Below, in pieces: positions 30,435 to 48,160 of a stretch of DNA of 64,000 nucleotides. The notes below the pieces were generated by a model. That model did no database searches. It had not been told where the DNA came from and saw only the letters and a list, made by a program, of their open reading frames with translations. The stretch is from the human T2T-CHM13v2.0 reference genome, Homo sapiens. Every line of letters begins with the position of its first letter. Position 1 is the first letter of the stretch. The position numbers and the translations under genes are program-made. The DNA is taken from assembly GCF_009914755.1 (NCBI RefSeq), contig NC_060941.1; one strand, given 5' to 3'.

Positions 30435-30799
30435 CCTACTCAGCATGCTATTAATTCATGGAACTAAGGTTTCTTCACCCTGAGTCTGCCTGGCCAGGAC
30501 TGGAGGAAATCTTGCTAGTCTCCAGTTCTCCAAGCTATTATCAGTTCATTGTATTCCTGGGGTTGCTTTCTGACTGCCTCATGAAAGAAGACCTTCCTTC
30601 CCCACTGCCTTCCACTCTGAAGAGCCTTTTGGTCTGGCAAGGAAACCAGTACAGCTAACTTCTCCCTCCCGGGACAGAGGAATAATGAGAGCTTGAGGAC
30701 ATTCATGACAACAGTCATATCCACAAGCTTTCCTTAGTCAAAATTTACATAATCCAGGACAGAATACATATAGAATAATACAACTGTAGGCTTGGAGGA

Positions 30800-30960
30800 A
30801 ACCAACAGAAATCACCAAATTTGACATTTTTATTTAGAAGATGAAAAAAACTCAGTCAGAGATAAAACACAAGTATGTACAAGTTCACCAATTAATTAAT
30901 GGCAAAGCCACGGCTAGATCCCTACTAGAAAGTGCTTTATTATCCTAGTCAATATGACTA
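30800..30960 (-). mobile_element. MIR-family fragment
   Basis: ATTTAGAAGATGAAAAAAACTCAG...AAGTTCACCAATTAATTAATGGCAAAGCC. Confidence 0.45.
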
Positions 30961-31109
30961 CCATTTGCATCAAGTTCAGGCCCCAGCTTTTAAGTCTAGT
31001 GACTATTTTAAAGAAGACAAGAAATTTTGGTAGCAGTTTCTGGTGTGTGTGTGTATGTGTGTGTCAAAAGAATTCTTAGAATAGCTCTTAATCTAGAACC
31101 CAATCAAAA

Positions 31110-31420
31110 CGGGCATCTTCACACTACCAGAGACAGTATTTGATACAACTTTTCCAAAGGGCAATTTTGTAACAGGCGTCAAAAGATTTAAAAAATGCAT
31201 ATATCACTTTACTCAGCCATTTTTTCTGCTGAGAAGTTATCATAAGAAAATAATGATAGGTGAGCATTAAAGATTTAGTTACAAGGAGTCCACGGCAGTT
31301 TTAGTCATAGTGAAATATTGGAATCAAGTTAAACATTGAACAATAAGGATTGCCTAAGTGACTTATGGGACATCCAGACAACAGAATCCATGCAATCTTT
31401 TAAAAAATGCTTAAAATCTT
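31110..31420 (+). mobile_element. L1ME-type 3' fragment
   Basis: GATACAACTTTTCCAAAGGGCAATTTTG...AAATGCATATATCACTTTACTCAGCCATT. Confidence 0.5.
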
Positions 31421-31440
31421 TTTAAAAGTCAGGGTTTCCA

Positions 31441-31787
<347 letters not shown>

Positions 31788-32309
31788 TTATTCAATCTAA
31801 TCTGAAGTCTGGGCCCAGTCTCTCCTAGACATACATATCCAGTGTTCAGTACAGTGCTTGCCACAGGAAAGAGACTTGGTAATACTGAACGAATGAATGT
31901 TGATTAGATTTTTAGCATAACACCAGACACACCCTAATAACAAAATCTTACCTGAGTAAGAGGAATTACAGAGATCATGTCAATATAAGCAATTATTTGC
32001 AGGTGTGTCAAGTATTTGACTGTTTGAATTACTTCATGTATTCAAAATAGATGTTGATTTTTCATTATTAAAGATACTCAAATTTGTCATTTTTATTAAA
32101 TATACAAAATATGCAAGCAACATGCAGCTACCTAGGAAAACATTTATTACTAGATAAGCTGAACATTTTCTTGACCATATCACATAATTATATATTTTTA
32201 AATTCCCAGATGCCTAGCACTGTGTATCTTTTCAAAAAAGAAAGCCATTCATATAACTGGACACGTTTTTTCATTTTAATGAAATTTTTTGTCTTTGTTG
32301 TTTCAGCAT

Positions 32310-32590
32310 CATAAAGATGTGGAAACTCTACCACTGTTCTATTGGTACAGTACTGCCGGGAGTGTAAAATCATACAACCATTTTGGACGTCGATTTGGCA
32401 GTATGTATCAAATGTTCATAGCCTTTGACCTTATGATTCTACTTCTTGAAATGTATTCTAAACTCTTACTCAATATTAGAAATAACATTACAAACAAAGA
32501 TTTCCATCAAAAGTATCCCTTATAATAGTCCCAAATTAAAAAGTACCTTAAAGGGGTAATGATTACTATGAGATACTCTTAAAAGAGGAT
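32310..32590 (+). mobile_element. L1ME-type 3' fragment
   Basis: GGGAGTGTAAAATCATACAACCATTTTGGA...ATTTGGCAGTATGTATCAAA...CTTTGACC. Confidence 0.55.
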
Positions 32591-32593
32591 TTA

Positions 32594-32913
<320 letters not shown>

Positions 32914-32917
32914 TTAT

Positions 32918-33144
32918 GCTTTGGGAGACTGACAGAACTCCTCAGATCACCTGAGGTCAACATGGGGAAACCCTGTCTCTACTAAAACTACAAAAATTAG
33001 TGGGGCCGTGGTGGCGCTTGCCTGTAATCCCAGTTATTCGGGAGCCTGGGAGGCAGAGGTTGCAGTGAGCTGAGATCGTGCCCCTGCACTCAGCCTGGGT
33101 GACAGAGTGACTCTGTCTAAAAAAAAAAAAAAAAAAAAAGAAAA
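32918..33144 (+). mobile_element. Truncated, internally deleted Alu
   Basis: Alu text with two gaps; TSD AAGAAATTAT. Confidence 0.85.
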
Positions 33145-33619
33145 AAGAAATTATACATATACTATGATCTTAATTAGGTTAAAAACAAAACAAAAGCAAG
33201 GCTACCAGTTTTGCATTTGCCATGTCTTGCATTTGCCATTGCATTTGCCATGTTTTTCGTAAGGGGCAGCATATACAGTCTGTTGTGCTATAATGCCAAC
33301 ACACGCATTCTTCAAATCACTATGCTGATAAAAATTCACAGATTAAAAAAACCACAGGACTTAGAGGAAAATAGGATTAGGGTACAACACTTAAAATTTT
33401 CTCAGTGGTACATTAAAAAAAATAAAAAGAACCTAAATAACAATGGTAACACAGTTCCATACATGTTGATGGTTAAGAAATCCAGAAATTCTAAAATAAA
33501 AATGACACTTTGACTTTGAAAAAGCCCTAGTGTTTTCTCATGGAAGTGGGCATTGGAGGGGTTGCAGTTTGTGAATTATTGTGAAGTGGTGAATGGAAGG
33601 TTATCTAAAATCAGATCAG

Positions 33620-33715
33620 CAAAACATCACACTGTACCCTGTTTATACATTTATACACACAATTAGTATTTGTCAATTAAAAACAAGTTAATAAAAAATA
33701 ATAATTTTAAAAAGA
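33620..33715 (+). mobile_element. L1MA-type extreme 3' end
   Basis: AACATCACACTGTACCC...ATTTGTCAATTAAAAA. Confidence 0.5.
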
Positions 33716-33782
33716 AAAACATAGTAAAGTAAAATCCAGCTTAAAGCCAGATTTTAGGGGTAAGACTCAGAACACACACAGT

Positions 33783-34243
<461 letters not shown>

Positions 34244-34407
34244 TTATGGTCAAATGGTATGCTCAAAGATATTAATATTAATATATTAATTCCATTGGAA
34301 CAAATTTGCATTTCAATACAAGCATTACAGCAGAACTGACTTAACTTATATGTCTATCATATACATTTATATATGTGCTATATACACATAATAGTAGAAG
34401 CTTCTGC

Positions 34408-34655
<248 letters not shown>

Positions 34656-37595
34656 CGTAGAAACTTCCTAATTAATAAACTTTAACATAAGCTAATAAAA
34701 TAATATTTCTAAAGTTGTCTACACACCCAACACTGTCTGAAAACAACTAGCCACACAAATACAGAATAAATAGATGTGAATGTGCTTGTCAATGAGCAGG
34801 CAAGCAAGCAATGGACTGAATAAATATTTTTACCATCCAAATAAGTTATGTTATATCAATGTTTTGAGAACTTATCTTAAAAACATGATTTGATGACTAG
34901 AATAGCTACAGAACTGTTTTAATAAACTTTGGTCTATCAGATAAGTATTGGGCTAAATGACCCCAAGTTCATTTCCAATGCTAATAATGAGATTTTGTGA
35001 TAGTGTACTTTTTTCTTAATAACAAGGTACTTTATATTTAGATAAGAATAAATAAACTCAGTTCCCAGGGGGTCGCCCTTTAACTACTGTCTGGGCATTT
35101 CTGTGCCAATAGAATGTAACACACAGACTCATACTTTTTTCTTTCCTAAATGTCACCTGAGAACGGTGTGAAATTTTCTTCCTATTTTAAAATTACCTTG
35201 ACTTAAGCAAACAGACACACAAAAAAAGACTTTCCTGGCAAACAGTTTGACCAATGAACAAATGACAGGAAGTGTTCCTCCTCTTTTTTTTTTCTGATGG
35301 ATGTTATAAAAGGGGAAACAACTCGTTTGGCAAAGTATAGTACATCATCACTCAAATCTGAGTTCAATAGTTCAAATTTTTAGCGGCCTTGGGGAGGAAG
35401 AAAAAGAACTTTCTGTTTTCAAGGAAAATGATTTTGCCTGAGCTTTTAAAACTGAGCTAGCATATTCTACGCAATTCTGATAATAGGCATACATAAAAGT
35501 CATATGCCCAAATCAATGTATTGAAGTTGCTTAAATATCCAGTTATTATTTGGTTTTTAAGAACTTCCTGTTTAAAAGGGCAATAATTTTGCCCGAACCT
35601 TTACAACTGTGCTAGTATACTATGATAATAGGAATACATAAGTCAGAAGTCCAAATCAATATACTCATGTAGCTATTTAAATGAACTATGCTTTATTTGC
35701 TTTTTTATAAATGAAGGAAAAACATGCTTGCATGAATAGAGCCAAAATATAATCTGTCCACTGATGTGGTTTGCTAAACGATCAAGGAGTTGCACGTGAA
35801 ATGAAACATTTAATGCCCAACGTATTTCTAAGATTTCAAAATAATCACGTTTTCATTTGCATAGTACTACTTTCTCATTCATTATATTACTTAATGATTT
35901 TCATGCTTTCTTTCCCTGAGAAATCAATCAGTCTATCAGAAATCATATTTAAAATACTATGGTGTCTTTCCGAGTGACTTATTTTTTAGATAATGCTGTA
36001 ATACAGAGTAACCTCTGGCAGGCAAAGATTCACATTTGCTCTTTGATAATGTGTAAGTAGCCTGCACAGTTCCTGAGACTCAGTCATTTGTTAATTTTGT
36101 AGAGGCAGATAGTTTAAATTCCTGTGAAGATGTTACAGCCATTCATTCTCCAGATATGAGAGAAAAATGCAACTTTGTGAACAAAATTATAGTGGTAACT
36201 GAAAGGCAATAAATTGTGGGTATGAGGAAATCCACTGGAAATCCACGGCCATAGAAAGGTATGAGACGCGGGAGACGTAGAGAAGATACAAACATTTCGG
36301 CATCTGTGAATTTTAGGACTCACAGAAGTCTTCAGAGTTATTCCTTGAAAAAATCTGACTCGACCACTAAGAAAATTTGAAACTGCCGTTAAATCACATT
36401 CCCCTTCATGTTGGCCTCTTTGCCCTTTTATTGGTGGGCCTCTGAAGCATTTGATGAGGGCTACTTTCTCTTTTCTCTTCCCCTTTTGGTTTTCTATTTT
36501 CTCCTCTGCTGCAGTTGTGTGGAGTTTCTGGTCATGCAATGAAATATTCTAAATTTTGTTACATATATGCAGAGAGTCACAAGGAGTCTGGCTTTATTTT
36601 AATCAGGATATTAGAAAAGTGAAGATCTCAGGCACATATTTGTTTAAACTTAAGCCACCAGCTTTTACATTCTCCAGTTTTCTGGGCTCCTCATACTCTC
36701 AATTTCTCTTCTCCCTCATCCCCTCCAGAAAAATGCCCCTTAACACGTCACCATGCTGCTAAAGGCCTACCCTTAGATTTTTTTATCAAACTGGAAAAGA
36801 AACTCATGGTGAAATACATTAATTATTTGCAATATCCCAATATTAAATCTAAAGAGATGACATGAACATAGTTGTTGAACTTTACATAGTCACTCCACTT
36901 ATTTTAAATAACATTCAGCTTGAAATTTTCTCTATTTCTTTTCTCTACGAACTTCTATGAGTTGGAGACAAATATTCGCTGTGAACTAAATGAGAAATTG
37001 AACACTACAACGGTATTTGGCTTAGTTTGGTTTTGTTTTGCCATGAGCAGTACATTTGTGAGTCAGACAATAAAGCAATAATACATTGGTTTGGTTTTCT
37101 CACTCCTGAGGGTTTTTGCTTTGCTTCGTTTTTGAGGATTTCTCACCATTACCATGATTTCCAGAGAAGAAAAAGGAAAGTATTGAATGCAAAGCAAAGA
37201 GTACCTGGATTTTATGTGCTATCTGGTATTCATAGTGAACACATAAAAATATGTCACTGATGGAAGAATAGCCAATGGTTAAAACTTTTTAAAAGCCTTC
37301 AATGTTAATGAGGAAAAACCATAAGGTATTTAAATTTCTTCATTCTCTGATGAAATCTTCAAGCAAGTATTCAAAAAATGGAGATTCTTAAAGCAAGTTT
37401 GTCTTTATTTTCATACTTGCAATGGAGCTTAGAATAGACTGGTACAAGTGCTGCCTTGAAGAAGAACCACTATGCTTTTACCAAAATGTTCACGAAAATT
37501 AAACAGGCATTTCAGTTGCTACATGGCTACGTGTGTTTAATCATTAAGGATGGAAACCATAAGCATTCATCCAAAGAGCACAACCTGCAATTTCC

Positions 37596-37808
37596 AAAAA
37601 AAAAAAAGAAGAAAGAGAGAGAGAGGAAGGAAGGAAGGAAGGAAGGGAGAGACGGAGGGAGGGAGGGAGGCAAAGAAGGAAGGAAGGAAAAAAGGAAGGA
37701 AGGAAAGAAGGAAGGAAGGAAAAAAGGAAGGAAGGAAAGAAGGAAGGAAGGAAAGAAGGAAGGAAGGAAAGAAGGAAGGAAGGAGGGAAGGAAGGAAGAA
37801 AGGAAGGA
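37596..37808 (+). repeat. Compound polypurine (AAGG/GGAA/AAAG) microsatellite
   Basis: 213 nt with only two pyrimidines. Confidence 0.95.
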
Positions 37809-38094
37809 TTGATTTGGCTAAAACTCTCTGATTAAAAAAACAATTAATCATGCCACTATACATAAGCAAACACATAAACACAGAAACCAGGGCATATAGG
37901 TGCAGTAACCAGGAAAAAATACAGTAAGCACATTCTAAACCCTCTTTTCATCTCAGGAAGTTTTATTCACGTGGATAACTAGTCATAATCATCACAAAGC
38001 AAGTATGAGGATCCCATTGGGTGACTCAAGTCCAGGAAAGATAGGGAAGGTGGCAAAGATTACACAGATACACTGGTGAAGTTCATTACATTCC

Positions 38095-38290
38095 TGTGTC
38101 TTCTGACACATTTCCATTTACTCATCACCCCATGCCATGTGGCTTCTGTCACACCGCAAAAGCCCACCTGGCTTCAAGGTCACCAACGACTTCTTAACTC
38201 ACAAGGCAAATAATAAAACCTGTATTCATCCTTTCTGTAGTATTTGATACCACGGACCTTGAAACCATCCTCCCATCCTCATTACCAGCA
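38095..38290 (+). mobile_element. L2 fragment
   Basis: CAAGGTCACCAACGACTTC...TGTAGTATTTGATACCAC. Confidence 0.55.
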
Positions 38291-38326
38291 TTTATTGTGG
38301 AAATGTAAGTTAGAGCAAAACTTTGA

Positions 38327-38746
<420 letters not shown>

Positions 38747-38922
38747 TAAATTGTGGAGAGCAGTTCACACTAAACATTTCTGCATGCATGGTATAGACTA
38801 CAGAAATTCTCCCTTTGGGTCTAGAATAGAAATAAGCACCAGTAGGACTCGGAAGACCTAGGTCTGCTCCTCTACATACGTTCACATCTTGGCTGTGCTG
38901 GCCACTGACACAACCGTAGTGA

Positions 38923-39350
<428 letters not shown>

Positions 39351-39684
39351 TCTGTGTTCCTTATCACAGTTACAGTTACTAATAACTGAACTACTCTCCC
39401 TTTCCTCCTCCTTTTCGCATGGCTAGTATTCCACACAGTGTTATAAGTCCTACTTCTGAAACATCTACCAAATATTTCCCTCACTTCCCATGCATACCAC
39501 ACTGCTCTAGTTCAAGCCTCTATCATCGGTCCTCTAGATTCCTCAACGGCCACCTATCCCAGTGTGCATCCGTATGCCACCGAGAACTAGATTTCCACAG
39601 CAGAACCAGAGGGGGTGTGTGAAATCAGTCCTCCACTGCAAGCCTTCAATGCCCCCTCCTCTGACTCTGCCTCCAGTGCCTTGA

Positions 39685-40316
<632 letters not shown>

Positions 40317-40368
40317 TCCTTTTGAATAAAGTCCCAACTCCTTAAACATGCCCCTTAATAATCTTTGA

Positions 40369-40716
<348 letters not shown>

Positions 40717-41276
40717 TCACCTGCACAGACAGATGAGTGAATAACACGCTGTTTCAGTGCAGAAGTCAGGTGACAATGAAAGTGACCTCACTGTACCCCT
40801 ACTACTCCTAAATGATTCATATGGTACCCAGGCATCTAAAGGAAAAAGAGAGAGCAGGGGATGATTTATAAACTAAACACACTCAAGTACAAAGTCAAGG
40901 AAGCATCAAAACAGATGATTAAGCTTGAAAAAAAAGACCTACCACTACTTTGATTGGTGTTTATGTCTATTTCAAAACAGAATATTTGTAGTTGAGCATA
41001 TAATCACATTCTAGAAAATGTCATCCTCCCAAACAACTTTGTCCATTTCAAAAATACAGGTCACTGGCATGCAGTTCCAGAATGCATGACCTAATCCCAT
41101 TCCCACACAGCCACAGGGAGCTCTGTTATTTCTAAATTGGATCTTGAATTGGAGTTTCATCACCTACATTCTGCCTCCCTAACATTGCCATCAATATTAG
41201 CTGCGGGTGCTCACCTGAGAGTAACCCATAAATAAAGGAAGCACATATGAGATATTTGAAGCCTCTGGCTTAGCCC

Positions 41277-41491
41277 AGAAGTCTGCAAACAACAGCCAGT
41301 GGTCTTATAGTTTGGGTCAATAAAGTTTTATTGGAACACAGCCACACGTATTCATTTACATATCGTCTGTGGCTGCTTCCTGCTATACAAGCAGAATTGA
41401 GTGGTTGTGATAAACACTGTACCACCCACAAAACCTAAAGTATTTAGTATCTGGCCCTTTCCAGAAAAAAAAAAAAATTGCTGACACCTGG
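41277..41491. mobile_element. MER58A
   Basis: AATAAAGTTTTATTGGAACACAGCCAC...ATCTGGCCCTTTCCAGAAAA. Confidence 0.85.
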
Positions 41492-41793
41492 CCTAAGGGG
41501 TCATTAAATTGTTGTTTTTTCATTAAACTCATAGTGAGTCTATTCGTGGTACAGTTCCAAGCCATGGGCATATAGGGTTAAAAGAATTGAAGTTTAGAAT
41601 CCATAGCATACAATGTTCACACTTAGTTTCTCAAGGGGCCCTGAAGCACATTCATTTTAGTCTTTTCAAACATGACTTCCATGTACACTAGTCAACGTTT
41701 TTCAAACTGTTTTTTTCTATTGGGATCCACTATAGCAAATACATTTTACACCCAATCCTTTCAGCGCACACACATCTATATAAGTAAATATAA

Positions 41794-42146
<353 letters not shown>

Positions 42147-42264
42147 TAGTTCCATTTTTAAAGAATGATTGATTTTATCAGACATTCATGTCTTGTGATT
42201 CATGTTTGAAAAACTCACTGGTCCACTCCAGCTGTGGATTGTCTAACTCTGACCTTCACCACAC

Positions 42265-42580
42265 GTCACAGGCTGTAAACTTGCAGCCATTCACTTCAGT
42301 TGAGATTGATTCGCTTCATCCACACAGACGTTTGTTTGGTTTTCATGTGGGTTTTGGTTTTTAATATGTAAATTCTTTTCCAATCTGTTTTTAAAAAGTC
42401 GATATTCCAAGTTTCTTTAAAAAGTCAGAGGACAAGGCACTAGGAGCCCTCCTTCCTACTTGGTAACAATCCATGGGAGCTGAGCAGTTTCTCCAAGGCC
42501 TGTTCTCCAATTTGCCACCCTTCGCCAACAGGGCAAATGCACCTGAAAATCCCCAGAATTGTCATCACAAGCTTTAGCTC
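42265..42580. mobile_element. MER102-like hAT relic
   Basis: TTTCTTTAAAAAGTCAGAGG...GGTAACAATCCATGGGAGCTGAGCAG. Confidence 0.45.
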
Positions 42581-44231
42581 CCTGTGACCTCTCCCCACAT
42601 AAATATAAAACAGATCCAATCTGTTTTCTTTCCATCATTAAACCCTAGCAGGGCATTCTAGTAGACCCTCTGGCTTTGGGGAAAGCCCTTTTGAACAAAT
42701 AATGTTGTAATCCAAAAGCCTCCTACACCAAGGAGTAAGAGTAAGGCCTCATTAGAAAGAAAAAAGTGGCCTTTCTTTCTTAAAACAAGAAAAAACAAAA
42801 AAGCAAACACACAACATTTGACAAAGGAAACTACAAGAATAAGTAGAGTTCACCAGAAAATTACACACACACACACACGCACACACAGGTGCAAGTTTCT
42901 GTTTACTTTGTTTAAAGCTTTGTCTGTGAAATGAAATCACTGCATCGTGGCAGCGTTTTTTCAAAACATGGAGTTAGGGCAAACATGGCTTCCGTTTAGA
43001 AAGGTGACGAGGGGAGCAGTTAGCTCCGGGAATGTAACTTTAGTTGCAGCTTAATCCAGTTCCCTTTTGTTAAATACCTGAACTTAATGAGAATCCACAG
43101 AGATTTATGACCATAACAAACACATCATTTTTGACTTTGTCATTCAAACCAGCCTGGCAACTTTGATATTTCCTAGTGAAAGGAGAGATCTAATCCAAGT
43201 AAGAACTCTGAAAAAAGGGAAAGAAATTTTATTCCCATAATTTGATTGATTACTTCCTACTCTGAACACTCGAGAGAGAAAAAAGCAAACTTTTTCCTGT
43301 CCATACTCAGATTTCTCCTGCTAATCTTTAACAAGCAGGCAACGGCCATAAAACACAAATTATTTCCAAGGACCCAAAGACCAATCACACTCGATGGGTT
43401 ACCATACCTGTAAGTATCAAAATATTGTGGAAAACATCTGAGATGAAAACCAGAAATTTAAAGATGAATTGACCATTGATTCAATTCAATTCAAGGCTTT
43501 AATTTAATAGCTCTGTGAGATTAAAAAAAAAAAAAAACTATGCTACGACTGGTTCCATTCAAAAAAATATTTTTATCATTGTTGCAAATCTGCCAAAACT
43601 AAACTTACATTTGTGGAGATGGGCAATTATTTCCCAATTGCATTTAAGAATTATACCATTGGAATTAGAAGCCCTGAGTTCTTGTCTTTCAGCTTAACCT
43701 GGGCAAAGCACTTCTGTTTCTTCCTATTCGGAAGACAATCTTTATCTTTCAGATACCTTCTACCTCCAACATCCTATCTGTTTATGATTCTATCTTATTG
43801 GAACTAAAGGAAGTTCAGATCAACAGTCATGTCTTATGTGACTAATGGTCTGACCACTCCAGTAAAGGCTTGGTGTTAGTAATGACCAGATGACAGGAAA
43901 TCAATTAGACAAACATTATTAATAACAATAATAATGAAGATAGAATAGTACTTGGGATAACAACCAGGCTGTGCTCTCATTGGGGGTATTAACATATCTG
44001 AAGAATTTTTAAAAAGCATCAATCCAAAGGTGAAAATATGGAACAGTGAAAAAGACAGACTGGCAGAGTGGCTCAGCAAGGTTCCGGGAGAGCACTGGAT
44101 TGGGGGGGGATCCCTACAGTGCAAAAGGGACCTCAGGGTAGCTCGGTGACACTAGCCACGGCACGCAGGCCTCAGCTCTCCTTGCTCCAATTCCAGATTC
44201 AGCAAGCGTCCTTCTGATTACATTTATTTTC

Positions 44232-44539
44232 TTTTTCTTTTCTTTTTTTTTTTTTTTTGAGACAGAGTCTCACTCTGTCAGCCAGACTGGAGTGCAGTGG
44301 TGAGATCTTGGCTCACTGCTACCTCTGCCTCCCGGGCTCTGGCCATCCTCTTACCTCAGCCTCCGGAGTACCTGGGATTACAGGCATGGCCACCACACCC
44401 AGCTAATCTTTTGTATTTTGGGTAGAGACAGGGTTTTACCATGTTGCCCAGGCTGGTCTCGAATTCCTGACTTCAAGTGATCTGCCCACCTCAGCCTCCC
44501 AAAGTGCTGGGATTACAGGCATGAGCCACCGCACCCAGC
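44232..44539 (-). mobile_element. Alu (AluJb-like)
   Basis: TSD TCTGATTACATTT. Confidence 0.92.
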
Positions 44540-44787
44540 TCTGATTACATTTCTGACAACATATTGGCTTTCTCACATAGCAGTTTGGAGAGTGTTTTTA
44601 GTGGTTATTGTTATTTTGTAATAAATGGGGGAAAAATCAATTGAATGACACAAGATTTCTAATATGTTCAACAAGATAAGTTCTGTGATCAGACAACTTC
44701 TTTAGAGAAAAAGGGAGAAAAGTTGACAAAAATGAAGGCGGTTTTAGTTATTCCATAATAGGCCAATTGACTAACAGAGGTATTTAA

Positions 44788-45154
<367 letters not shown>

Positions 45155-45334
45155 CTAACGTGCTGCCCAATTTTCTAACTAAAGGTCCAAGATCAGAATG
45201 TCCAAGTCACTCTACCACATGGGGCAGCCTTTCAATCCCCTGCATCTTTGAGACATTGATGGCTTGCTATGTAGGCAGGTAGCAAGAACTACCTCTGGGC
45301 AGTTCTGCCAGAGACCATCACAGAGACCATTCAC

Positions 45335-45580
45335 CCCAGTGGTGAGGCTCTGGCATGCTGGAGGTGGGTGAATCTGGGTTTGGCAGTAGTTCTATGACCT
45401 ACATAGTTCTATGACCTTGGACAAGTTATTTCATCTTTCTGAGCCTCTTTTCTGATCTATAAAATGTAGAAAATGATAGGACCTGCATAAAAATATAAAT
45501 CCTATTAATAACATCAGACTACAAGCAACAGATCATTCCGCATCATCCAGCACATAGTGTAGCCTCAACAAATACAGTTA
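45335..45580 (+). mobile_element. MIR with a small internal tandem duplication
   Basis: TGACCTTGGACAAGTTATTTCATCTTTCTGAGCCTC core; TAGTTCTATGACCT x2 (45387-45417). Confidence 0.7.
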
Positions 45581-46904
45581 ATATCACCTCACCTCTAAAA
45601 TGATAGATTTCATCAAAGATATACCGCGGGGTCCAATTATTTTGCTATTTTAAAAAAGGCTAAAACGCATGAAGAAAAGTGTATAGCCACTAAAATGGAA
45701 AAATGCCAAACAAGTAGAGAATGGTATTAAATCACAGAAATTATTTTTAACTACATAAGCATTTGCAGTCTATCCCTTGCACGAAAGCAGTTGATAAAAC
45801 GGATCCAATAAAGATAAGTGAATGAACGATTCAAAGAAAATACTGTTAGTTTCTTGGAGTCTCTTGATGGCGTGGGTGTTGTTTTGTTTTGCTTAAGTAA
45901 AAATGTAATGTGGATAAAACTATTTTTACAGTTGTTAAAAATATCAGAGGAAATGTTCTGAGGGAGATTTTCATTACTCTAGTCAACCAGAAGCCCAGAT
46001 AAACATAACTGTGTATTTAAAAACAGAAGCAGAAAACGACAGCACACCACCTAGACAGGAACTTTGAGTCTGATAAAGCTGGGAGTCTGGCTGAGCAGTT
46101 CCAGTGGAATAAACCTGCATAGTTAGAAGGTGCAAAGAAACTGATCCTCCAGAGGTCTGAAGGTTGCACTTTCTCTCTTCCTGCCTCTTCCTTGAATGCG
46201 TTAATTGTTCCAGGTCTGTTTTGCTCCTATGGAAAGTTTCATAACCCAAAGTGTCTACAACAAAGGTTAAAACAAGCGAAGTAAGCAGATAAAATTACTA
46301 AGCTGGCCTGGAAAATTGGGACCGTGTTGTCATCTTTGCCATAAGGTGCATCCACAGCTCTGGCCCTATCTATTTTCCCTATAACCAGCTTTCAACCACT
46401 GACACCTGTTCCTTCTATGTTTGTAGCCAAAAAAAAAAAAAAAAAAAAAGTCATACGCCCAAGTCTGATTTTCCTCTGACCCTTATTTTAGTTTTTAGCT
46501 CTTTGTGTCCTCAGAGACCTGTCATTTACATCAACGTTTTTGTTCTCTATGACAGGAAGCTTTGGGGAACCTTTCACACCTTCTTCACTTTACATTTGCC
46601 TGCCATAGAAGACAGAAAGAAAGGAATACAAAACTGTCTCTGTGCTTGGTTCGGAAACAAGAGAGTAGGAGGGAGCCGTGAGCCAATATGATTATGAAAT
46701 CAGCTGAGGGAAAGATCAGCATGTCTGGAAGCAACAGGTGCGGGGCAGGGGAGGGGAAGCTGGTGGGCCCATCCTGGGGGCCCTTCTGAAGGAAAGGAAA
46801 GAAGAAATACGGAATAAAAGAGAATCGGCACAGACAGGATTTCAGTATGAGCCCTCATCCTTCAACGCCTGTTAGGCTTCTCCTGCCTTCTTTGCTGTTT
46901 TCAC

Positions 46905-47480
46905 CTTTGATTTTAGAATCATTTTAGATATTACAATTGTGAAAAATAGCACAGAGAATTCGCATACTCCTTTCACCCAAATGATCATCTTAGGGGATAT
47001 CATAACCCTAGAACAGTACAACGATCAAAACCAAGAAACTGACGTTGGTATAATGTTATTAACTAAACTGCATACACTATCCACATTTCCCCAGTTTTCC
47101 CATAAATGCCTTAGTTCAGACCCAGGATCCGACCAAGGGCACCCTCGTGTTTACTTGTTAGTAATGACTCACTTTTGTCTCCCCACATCTGGGATAGCTT
47201 AGCGGTCTTGGCGTTGTTTTGTATGATCCTGACACTTTTGAAGGGTACTGGTCAAGTATTTTGTAAAATGCCCCTCAATCAGTGTTCGTCTAATGTTTTC
47301 TCAGGGCTATACTGGGGTTACGGATTTGGGGGAAGATTACCGCACAGGTGAAGTGCCATCCTATTGTATTATATCGGGGATCATGATCTCAACACAACAG
47401 GGAATGCTAACCTTGGTCACTTGGTTAAGGTGGTGTCTGTCAGTTTCTCCACTCAATCTGTCCTATTTGTCCCTTTCATC
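46905..47480 (-). mobile_element. L1MC-type 3' region
   Basis: ATAGCACAGAGAATTC...ATCAAAACCAAGAAACTGAC...TGACACTTTTGAAGGGTACTGGTCAAGTATTTTGTA. Confidence 0.75.
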
Positions 47481-48144
47481 CTGCCTTCCTTTAACCTGAC
47501 CACCACCCTGCATCCCAGCCTGCTCTCCCAGGCCCTGGACTGCAGGCGCAGAAACGCCTGTCCTGTCGGAACTCTCAAAGCGCTTTCCTGTGAAGCTGTC
47601 CCGTGTGTGGTGGACAGGATTCTCAACAGGGCATCTCAGGCACCTTAAGGGTTAAACAGGCTTCTGTTTAGAATGACAGGATCCTCCTCCAGAGCCACAC
47701 AGGGGAAGGAACAGGCCTGCATTACTGATGTTGAAATAAAATCATCTGGAAGTATTTTCATTTGAAGCTGGCTTTCAGACACAGAGGCAAAACACACTAA
47801 CAAAAGTAATCTGGGGCATATGGTATTCCTTTCAGTCATAGGCATTTTTAATATAAATCCCCTAATCATTTATATCTTGGTTTTCAGTTTATTGTGAAGC
47901 CAAATCTCTTATTTCTCTCCAAAGAATAAATTCCCTGCCTAAAAGAAGTGAATTATCCTTGCTTGAAAAAAAGGCAAAGTGCAGCTCATCCTTACTAGAC
48001 AGATCATCTTGCTATAAGTGCTACCTAAACACAAGCTTTTGTTGCTGCTGTAGTTTCTTTTTTAAATTGAGACTGCAAATATGCTCTATCATGATGAGGT
48101 TTTTCAAAGTTCTCCCTTTAGGGGTTCCTTCCTGACTCCTCCTC

Positions 48145-48160
48145 CCACTAGGTGGCGCTA
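48145..48160 (+). promoter_or_regulatory. Candidate CTCF site
   Basis: CCACTAGGTGGCGCTA, near-perfect CTCF core in unique sequence with the CpG retained. Confidence 0.75.

Noticed and set aside
33211-33252. TTGCATTTGCCA x3
   Set aside because: Small slippage repeat with no sign of function
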